52,467 bases of DNA from an uncultured Bacteroides sp. (GTDB lineage Bacteria; Bacteroidota; Bacteroidia; Bacteroidales; JACABE01): NCBI GenBank assembly GCA_964636105.1, contig CAZWRD010000004.1:1-52467 (forward strand), read 5' to 3'. The notes below the pieces were generated by a model, which did no database searches, was not told the DNA's origin, and worked only from the letters and a program-made list of their open reading frames with translations. Both the position numbers and the translations under genes were made by a program. Below are positions 17,226 to 25,400 of the stretch, in pieces. Every line of letters starts with the position of its first letter. Position 1 is the stretch's first letter.

Positions 17226-18983
17226 TTAAATATTAATTTCTTGAAGTTTCGTTTTATAATTTTTAAGCAAGTCGAGATTGAAATTATCATTTTCAATACC
17301 AATTTTGTCTGCTAAATTAAAATAATAATCAATTCCAGAAATCATATTTTGTCTGAAAACATCAAAATATTGTTTTTGTTTTTCAGAGGCAGTATCTGCT
17401 ACTTCTTGTATTTCAGATTCTAAATAATTAAAATATAAACCAACTTCATTAACAAACATATTTGGTCTGATTTCACTACGTAATAAATTTGTTCGTCCAT
17501 AAATATGATCAACCATTTCTTTAAGGCTAACAATTTTGTCAAAATAAGCCATATTAGGACCAGGACAAACAGAAACTGCAGATCCTTCTACTTTTATATC
17601 TAAATCATTTACCAATAAAGGAGTAGTACCTAAACCTACGCAAATACAAGATTTTACAGTAATTTTATCAAATGCTTTTTTGTATTCTTGTTCGCTCAAG
17701 TTAATCGAATCAAGTTCTTTAATCTTCATTCTCTGATATTTGCTTGAAGCTGTGCACATCTCTTCAATATTTATTGCACCATATTTCTTAGGGCACGAAC
17801 TACCTGGTTTTCCTTTATTAATCCACTCTTGCTTTTCAATATCTTTTGTGTTGTTTTTCAGTGTATTAAAAGGAACACCTAAAGGTGAAGTATTACTCAA
17901 ATACAAATCTTTTTCTTGAGCATTGCTGAGTAATTTAAGTGTATTGTCGTCAACATTTACCACTTCGGGTACTAATAAAAATGGAGAGCCCCAGCCAATA
18001 GAATCAAGTTTATAATAATCAAGTAAAAATTCATGTTCTTGATGAGTGCCGATTCCTCCTTGAGCGGTTATTTTAATATAGGGAGGTTTCTCTGGACAAT
18101 GGCGATTAAGGTTTGTTAATGCAGTTTGATATAATTCAAATGTTGATTTGTACAGTTCTTCTCTATTGTTTTTAAATTCCTCCATAATTGGTCCCATTAA
18201 ATGACCTTGAGTAGGAAAAGCATGACCTCCACAATTTAAACCTGATTCTATTCTGTATTCAGAAACCCAAAGTCCTTTTTTTGCAAAGAATTTGCCTTGA
18301 ATTAAAGCAGAACGATAATCACTAACCTTTAAAGTAATTTTCTTTTTCAGAAAACCACTTTCATCCGGATAAAAATCGTTAAATTTCTCAAAATAAGCAT
18401 ATAAGCGAGGGTTCATTCCTGCTGACAAAACAACAGAAGAACTTAAATTACTCTCAGCAAAGCCTCTTAAAGCAGCATGAGCATCATTAAATTCAACCAA
18501 TTGTTTCTCACCATTTAAATAATTGTATTTATCTAATTTGGTCATGATATTTACATCTATATCTCCCATCTTCATATTATTCAAAATCCATTGCAAATGC
18601 TCTTTTTTATTTTGAATATCTTTTTGAAATTCATTAAATTTCAATTTAATAGGCGAAAAATCAGGTAATAGTTCAATGTATTTATCAAACTCTTTACCCA
18701 TTTCTGATGCAGAATTTTTTAGTTCAGCAAATTTATCTTTTACTATTTTATCTAAAAGATTCAAGTAGGTTGTAATACGTTTTGCTCTAAAATCTTCAAC
18801 TTTATTACTTATCTCATTATAAGGAATTTCAAATTTATTACAATAAAATTCTCTCATTTTTTCGATAAGAATATCGTCTAATAGAGAAATAACTGAAGAA
18901 ATACCCAAATGAGCAACTTTTGCTGGTGTGTCAACTGTAAAGCCAATTCCCATTACAGGGATATGAAATTTGTGCATATGCAA
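17226..18983 (-). CDS. uncharacterised 585-aa protein, possibly a distant NMO/FabK-like FMN TIM-barrel enzyme
   Basis: Long ORF with coding-like composition. It lies 9 nt upstream of the next gene. 'IPVMGIGFTVDTP', 'ESGLNCGGHAF' and 'AQGGIGTHQEHEFLL...IGWGSPFLLVPE' resemble NMO/FabK landmarks. No confident family assignment. Confidence 0.6.
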   Translation of the reverse strand: MHMHKFHIPVMGIGFTVDTPAKVAHLGISSVISLLDDILIEKMREFYCNKFEIPYNEISNKVEDFRAKRITTYLNLLDKIVKDKFAELKNSASEMGKEFDKYIELLPDFSPIKLKFNEFQKDIQNKKEHLQWILNNMKMGDIDVNIMTKLDKYNYLNGEKQLVEFNDAHAALRGFAESNLSSSVVLSAGMNPRLYAYFEKFNDFYPDESGFLKKKITLKVSDYRSALIQGKFFAKKGLWVSEYRIESGLNCGGHAFPTQGHLMGPIMEEFKNNREELYKSTFELYQTALTNLNRHCPEKPPYIKITAQGGIGTHQEHEFLLDYYKLDSIGWGSPFLLVPEVVNVDDNTLKLLSNAQEKDLYLSNTSPLGVPFNTLKNNTKDIEKQEWINKGKPGSSCPKKYGAINIEEMCTASSKYQRMKIKELDSINLSEQEYKKAFDKITVKSCICVGLGTTPLLVNDLDIKVEGSAVSVCPGPNMAYFDKIVSLKEMVDHIYGRTNLLRSEIRPNMFVNEVGLYFNYLESEIQEVADTASEKQKQYFDVFRQNMISGIDYYFNLADKIGIENDNFNLDLLKNYKTKLQEINI

Positions 18984-19334
18984 TATAATATTCTAATTTA
19001 TAATACTATAACTATTTATTTGTAGAAAATATATTTAAAAACAAAAAAATATTTAAAACAAAACAATAAACTAAAGTGCTTTGAGTTCATTTTTAATAAA
19101 AAAAAACTCAAAACCCTAATAATCCAATTATTAGCATTTTGTACAATAATTAGATAAATTTTTAAAATAATGATTTTCAATTCATAAAGCAAACCCCTTT
19201 ATTATTAAAATCATTCATAATTATTGCAAAAGTACTATAAATATTAAACATTGGAAACGTTTTTATACTCAATCGAATAATAAATGATGTTAAATTTATG
19301 TAAACAAACAAAATAGAACAAAAAAAAATGGAAA

Positions 19335-21221
19335 CTAATGTTTTTTTCTGAAATTTTGTTTAGAAATTATTTTTTTTTGAAATTTTGTTTGAGGCAATAG
19401 CTTTAATGCAATTTCTTCTTTTGCAATATTTTTCAAAGTAGTATGAATCCATTTATGATTTTCGGTTTTATACCAAAAAAAGAAACGATTCTGATCTTTT
19501 TTTTGTTCTGGTGATTTTGCAACAAAAACTTTTTCGAGTGTATAAGGATGATAACCTGAATAATAAATCTCTGTAGCTAAGGTCATAGGAGTAGGAGTGA
19601 AGTCTTGAACTTGTTCAGGTTTAATACCTAATTTCTTTGTTTCTAAAGCCAGCATTGCCATATCTGATAATTCACATCCAGGATGGCTTGATATAAAATA
19701 GGGAATTATTTGTTGATTTAAACCTGCTTCATGCGAATATTTTTCAAATTTTGATTTGAATTCATAAAAAAGCCTCATCGAAGGTTTTCTCATTATTTTT
19801 AATGCATTTTCAGATGAATGCTCTGGAGCAACCTTTAATCTGCCTGAAACATGATTGCTAATTAATTCTTTGGCATATAATTCATAAGCATTTTCTTTTG
19901 ATTCCTGATGTGTTTTTCCTACAAACAAATCGTATCTTATTCCGCTACCAATAAAAACTTTTTTGATACCTTTTATCTTGCTAGCTTTCTGATATAACTG
20001 AACTAAGGGTAAATGATTTGTATTCAAATTATTACAAATAGAAGGGTGGATGCAAGAATACCGTTTACATTTATTACAGATATTTTCATCTTTACCTTTC
20101 ATTTGGTACATATTAGCAGATGGTCCACCTAAATCAGAAATATATCCTTTAAAATCAGGTAATTCAGTTAATTTTTCCAATTCATTCATTATAGATTTTT
20201 CTGATCTGCTTGCAATAAATTTTCCTTGATGTGCTGATATCGTGCAAAATGCACATCCACCAAAACAACCACGATGAATATTTACTGAGAATTTTATCAT
20301 TTCATATGCAGGAATATCGCCCCTTTTTTCATATTTTGGATGTGGTAATCTTGTATATGGCAAATCGAATGAAGTATCAATCTGTTTTTCAGTCATTACC
20401 GGATAAGGTGGATTAATTACCAAATAATCTTTTCCAATTTTTTGCAAAATACGATTTGCATTTAATTTATTTGATTCTTCTTCAATAATTTTAAAATTAG
20501 ACGAATATAATTTTTTATCTTTCAAACATTGCTCATGCGATTGAATTTCTATTGTTTTCCAATTATTAATATCATATTCTATATTCGTTACTGGAATTTT
20601 ATAAACAGTTTGTGGTATATCTTTAATCGAATCAATTGATAGATTGTTATTTAAATAATTAGCAATTTCAACAATTGCCATTTCGCCCATTCCATAAACA
20701 AGCATATCTGCTTGACTTTCAATTAAAATTGATGGTTTTAATGAATCAGACCAATAGTCATAATGAGTAACTCTACGTAATGAAGCTTCAATACCGCCAA
20801 TTATCACTGGAGTGTCTGGAAATAAATCTTTTAGAATCTTAGAATAAACAATACTGGCATAATCAGGTCTAAATCCGGCAATTCCTCCAGGTGTATAGGC
20901 ATCATCACTTCTTAAACGGCGAGAAGCAGTATAATGATTAACCATTGAATCCATGCAGCCTGCTGTAACACCAAAAAACAAGCGAGGTTTCCCCATTTTT
21001 TTAAAATCTCTTAAGTCGTCTCTCCAATTAGGTTGTGGCAAAATAGCAACTTTATATCCTTTTGATTCAAGAATTCTTCCAATTACTGCATGTCCAAATC
21101 CTGGGTGGTCAACATAAGCATCACCCGAAACTATTATAATATCAGGCTGTTCCCAACCTCTGATTTCCATTTCCTTTACGGTGGTTGGCAACCAATCTGT
21201 AATTTTCTTAAATCTGCTCAA
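19335..21221 (-). CDS. ygiQ: YgiQ family (UPF0313) radical SAM protein
   Basis: 'DIIIVSGDAYVDHPGFGHAVIGRILE..GYKVAILPQPNW' is the YgiQ N-terminal domain. The radical SAM cluster motif is 'CFGGCAFC'. Length is about 630 aa. The start is TTG, immediately after the upstream stop. Confidence 0.9.
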   Translation of the reverse strand: MSRFKKITDWLPTTVKEMEIRGWEQPDIIIVSGDAYVDHPGFGHAVIGRILESKGYKVAILPQPNWRDDLRDFKKMGKPRLFFGVTAGCMDSMVNHYTASRRLRSDDAYTPGGIAGFRPDYASIVYSKILKDLFPDTPVIIGGIEASLRRVTHYDYWSDSLKPSILIESQADMLVYGMGEMAIVEIANYLNNNLSIDSIKDIPQTVYKIPVTNIEYDINNWKTIEIQSHEQCLKDKKLYSSNFKIIEEESNKLNANRILQKIGKDYLVINPPYPVMTEKQIDTSFDLPYTRLPHPKYEKRGDIPAYEMIKFSVNIHRGCFGGCAFCTISAHQGKFIASRSEKSIMNELEKLTELPDFKGYISDLGGPSANMYQMKGKDENICNKCKRYSCIHPSICNNLNTNHLPLVQLYQKASKIKGIKKVFIGSGIRYDLFVGKTHQESKENAYELYAKELISNHVSGRLKVAPEHSSENALKIMRKPSMRLFYEFKSKFEKYSHEAGLNQQIIPYFISSHPGCELSDMAMLALETKKLGIKPEQVQDFTPTPMTLATEIYYSGYHPYTLEKVFVAKSPEQKKDQNRFFFWYKTENHKWIHTTLKNIAKEEIALKLLPQTKFQKKIISKQNFRKKH

Positions 21222-21662
21222 TTAGTATTTTTTAAAAAACGTAAAAAATGACTTTGCTTTTTTCTTATTAAATTTTTCTGCATTATTCCCAAAAGAATTA
21301 TTCCCAAGCAATTCCCAAATTTTGCTCCATCCTAGAAAACCTCCAATATTTTTGTCATCTATATAAAAATCAGCATCAATTTTTCTACTAATGCTTTCAT
21401 CAAATTTTTCTTCAGGATAATTCTTGTTAATTGCATAAAACTCTATACCATTTTCCTTACAATAGTAAACGGCTTCAGATAAACTTCTTCCACTTCGATA
21501 AGTCCATAAAATTAAGCGATGTCCCTGCTTTTGTAACTCTTTGAGTGTAGCAAATGCAAACAATTGTTCTTCTCCAATTTCTGGATATTTATTTTCAACA
21601 ATTGTTCCATCAAAATCTACTGCAATTTTTTTAGATATCATAATTGTTTTTTTTCTAAACAA
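21222..21662 (-). CDS. small capless HAD-like hydrolase
   Basis: Motif I 'IAVDFDGTIV', 'LILWTYRSG' (motif II Thr/Ser) and 'YIDDKN' (motif IV). The true start may be the ATG at 21641 ('MISKKIAVDFDG'). Confidence 0.65.
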   Translation of the reverse strand: MFRKKTIMISKKIAVDFDGTIVENKYPEIGEEQLFAFATLKELQKQGHRLILWTYRSGRSLSEAVYYCKENGIEFYAINKNYPEEKFDESISRKIDADFYIDDKNIGGFLGWSKIWELLGNNSFGNNAEKFNKKKAKSFFTFFKKY

Positions 21663-21687
21663 TCTTATTAAAATAAGGTTTTATTTG

Positions 21688-21695
21688 CAAAAATA
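21688..21695 (-). promoter_or_regulatory. -7 promoter box (TATTTTTG on minus strand) for the HAD-ygiQ operon
   Basis: Plus-strand caaaaata, 26 nt upstream of 21662. Confidence 0.35.
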
Positions 21696-21697
21696 CT

Positions 21698-21705
21698 TAT
21701 CTTTG
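21698..21705 (+). promoter_or_regulatory. -7 promoter box (TATCTTTG) for the OMP/hybrid kinase genes
   Basis: It lies 26 nt upstream of the ATG at 21731, back to back with the divergent box. Confidence 0.35.
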
Positions 21706-21730
21706 TTCTATAAATTACAAAATATTCAGT

Positions 21731-22456
21731 ATGAAAAACTATTATCTTTTTTTTATTATTCTATTTATCTCAATTAGAGTTTGTTCTCAAGATACAATTA
21801 CATTTTCAAAAGAAAAGAATCAAGGAAAAGATTTAATTATTTTTGATGTATTCCAAGACTTATGGCAAGAAGTTCCTTCAAATGTTAATTTGCGAGCTAT
21901 AAATCAAGGTGCTAATTTTTATGTAATGTATAATCGTCCGATAAAAACAAGCAATTTTAGTATTGCTCTCGGTATAGGAGTAAGTTCACATAATTTATAT
22001 AGTGATGCAATCCCTGTTTTGGAAAGAAATAATTTAGGCGAACCTACTGGTAACACGGTAATGACTACATTAGGAAATTATTACCAAAAATCTGTAGCAT
22101 ATTCAATAAATAAAATAAATCTTACTTATATTGACATTCCAATTGAATTGAGATTTAAAACCAGAGCTGAAAGAAACAAAAGAATTAGAGCATCTTTAGG
22201 TTTTAAAATTGGTTATAACATTAGTAATCATACCAAATTTAAAGGAGAAGACATTGTTGAAAATACTTCAGAACAAGTTATTATTAAAAAAAGTAATATA
22301 AGAAATGTTTTAGATTGGAATTATGGGATTATAGGACGAATAGGTTATGGGAGATTTAATTTAATGACCTACTATTCTTTATCAAAAATATTTGAAAAAG
22401 ATAAAGGTCCTCAAATATTTCCAATTTCTGTCGGATTGAGTATTATACCATTTTAA
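21731..22456 (+). CDS. outer-membrane beta-barrel protein (porin family)
   Basis: Signal peptide ending 'VCSQ', alternating amphipathic beta strands, and a C-terminal beta-signal 'ISVGLSIIPF' ending in Phe. Confidence 0.7.
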   Translation: MKNYYLFFIILFISIRVCSQDTITFSKEKNQGKDLIIFDVFQDLWQEVPSNVNLRAINQGANFYVMYNRPIKTSNFSIALGIGVSSHNLYSDAIPVLERNNLGEPTGNTVMTTLGNYYQKSVAYSINKINLTYIDIPIELRFKTRAERNKRIRASLGFKIGYNISNHTKFKGEDIVENTSEQVIIKKSNIRNVLDWNYGIIGRIGYGRFNLMTYYSLSKIFEKDKGPQIFPISVGLSIIPF

Positions 22457-22493
22457 TTAATATAAATTATTTAACTTTCAAATTTGCAATTAA

Positions 22494-25400
22494 ATGAATA
22501 CAAAAATATTAATTATTGAAGATTCTAATACTGATTATGAAATTATAGTCAGAGAAATAAGCAAAACAATTCCATTAGCTGATTTTTGTAAATTGGATAA
22601 TAAATATGATTATATAAAATATTTACATTCTTTTAAACCGGAAATTATCATTTCTGATTATAGTCTTCCTTCTTTTACAGGTTTAGATGCGATTGAAATT
22701 TTAAAAGAAAGCAAAATAAATATACCATTAATTATAGTAACAGGCTCTCAAAACGAAGATATTGCAGTAGAATGTATGAAAGCAGGTGCAATAGACTATG
22801 TACTAAAAGATAATATAAAACGTATTGGAAATTCGATAGTTAATGCTCTTAAACAACAAGCAGAATTTTTAAATAAATTAGAAATAGAAAAAAAGCTAAT
22901 TGAAAGTGAAAATAGCTACAAAACAATTTTCAATTCAACACTTGAAGCAATTTTTATTCACAACATCGAAACAGGTTTAATAATTGATTTAAATGAATCT
23001 GCCTTAAAAATGTTTGGATATGATGATAAAGAACTATTAATTAATTCAGAAACAGGACTTTTAAGTGCCTCATTCGAACCTTATACCGAAAAATATGCTC
23101 AAGAATTAATAAAAAAATCTATAAATGAAGGAGTTCAGGTTTTTGAATGGTTAGCTAAAAAGAAAAATAATGAGTTTTTTTGGGTTGAAGTTTCATTAAA
23201 AGTAGCAGAAATAAATGGAAATAAAAGAGTTTTAGCAGTAGTTAGAGATATAAGTGAACGTAAAAAGTCGCAAGATCAATTAATTAGATTAAACAATTGT
23301 TTGGCTAATTTAGGGACTTCATATGAAGAAAATATTGATCAATTAACTGGAATTTTTGGCGAACTTTTAGGGGCAAGTTGTACCTTATATAATAGAATTA
23401 CTGACGGTATGTTATGTTCAATAGGTCAATGGAATACTCCTCCAGATTACAATCCTATTGATAAGCCAGATGGTCATATTTGTTATGATGTTATTTTGAA
23501 AAACTCAAATAAAATGTTTGTAGTAAGAGATTTGCAAAATACTCATTATTACTCAACAGATCCAAATGTAAAGCCTTATAAACTATTAACTTATATAGGA
23601 AAATCAGTTGAATGTGAAGGCGAATCTTTAGGTTCTTTATGTGCTGTTTTTCAAGAAGATATTGTTCCAACAATTGAACATGAGCAATTTATTACAATTA
23701 TTGCTACTGCAATTGGTATGCAGGAAAATAGAAGAAAAGCTCGTAAGTTGCTAATTGAAAGCGAAGAACGATATCGTACTCTTTTTTCAATAGCACCAAC
23801 TGGTATCATTTTAGAAGATGAAAACGGAATGATTATTGAAGCAAATGATATGATTTGTAAAAGTTCCGGATATTCGAGAGAAGAATTGATAAACCATAGT
23901 GTAAAAGCTTTTATTAAACCTGATTTTCATTACTTTGTAGAAGATAATATAAAAAAAATACTTTTAGGAAATACACTTATTCAAGAGGTTGAAAGCATTA
24001 ATAAAGATGGAAGCACTCATAATGTTGAACTTTATGAAAAAAGAGTTTTATTGCCAAATGGAAAACAAGGAATATTAAGTATTTCAAATTATATTACAGA
24101 AAGAAAAAATGCTGAAAAGTTAGTTATTAAAGAAAGAGATAACTTAAATAATATTCTATATTCTTCTCCAATCGCCATGTTGGTAATTGATGAAGAAAAA
24201 AGTATTACATATGCCAATCCTGCGTCTGAAGATTTATTTAATAAAAAGAAAGAAGAATTAATTAATAAAAAATGTGGCGAAATTTTAGAATGTTATAATA
24301 GATTTATAGAAAAATCAGAATGTGGCAATGGCATAGCATGTAAAAACTGTTTGATAAACATTAATATAGAAAACGCTTTAAAGGAATTTAAAGAGTTTAA
24401 AGATTTCGAATCGGAATTATCTGTATTGTTTGACAATTCAATAATTAATAAATGGCTTAAAGTTAGTATTAAGCCATTGCTCTTAAATGATAGAAAAAGT
24501 ATAATAATAGCCATGTCTGACATAACTGAACTAAAATCAGCATTTAAGCAAATAAAAGACAATGAAGAAAAATTAAAGAATTTAATTAATGCCACGCCAG
24601 ATAGCATATGTTTTAAAGATCATCTAGGAAAATGGATTACAGCAAATGATTCTATTTTAAAAACCTTTAATCTTCAACAACAAGATTATTATAATAAAAC
24701 AGACTTTGAATTAGCAGAATACACATCAGAAATATATAAAGAATCTTTTAGAAATTGTGCCGAATCTGATGAAATTGCTTACCAGAAAAAAGAAGCATGT
24801 AGAAGCGAAGAAAACATTCCAGATATTAACGGTAATTTACGCTATTTTGATGTAATTAAAGTACCATTATTTAATGAAGATGATTCCAAGAAGGGGTTAG
24901 TAGTTTTTGGTAGAGATATTACTGAAATGAAAAAAGCCAAAGACGAGCTTAATTGTATGTTAGATCGGATTGAAAAACAGAAAAATTTGATTGCCGAGCT
25001 CTCTATTTCTCCATTACAATCAAACGGAAGTATTGATGAGTTTGCATACATTATAACAGAAAATATTTCAAAAATATTTGGAATAAGTCAAGTTAGTATA
25101 TGGCTTTTAGATGATGATTCAGAAAAATTGATGTGTAGCGATTTATATAACAATTTAACTCAAGCTCATATAGAAAATAATCCGATAAGCAGAAACGAAT
25201 TTAAAAATGAATTTAAAGCATTTTTGAATTCGAAGTATATCGATGCAAATAATCCAATAACTGACGACAGAACAAAAGGTTTATCAGATAAATACCTAAT
25301 CCCATTAAATATTAAATCTTTGCTAGATGCATCTATCATTGTATCAGGCAAAACAATGGGAATTGTTTGTTTTGAATTTATAAATGAAGAACACAAATGG

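Noticed and set aside
19080-19113. Hairpin tttgagtt-N18-aactcaaa between ygiQ and the 585-aa gene
   Set aside because: The stem is weak at 8 bp, the loop is a large A/T stretch, and no U-tract follows on the minus (transcribed) strand.
19349-19390. 13-bp direct repeat tgaaattttgttt x2 (29-bp period) at the 3' end of ygiQ
   Set aside because: It lies in the Lys-rich C-terminal tail coding region. The copies are out of frame with each other and made of low-complexity A/T sequence, so this is probably a compositional coincidence.
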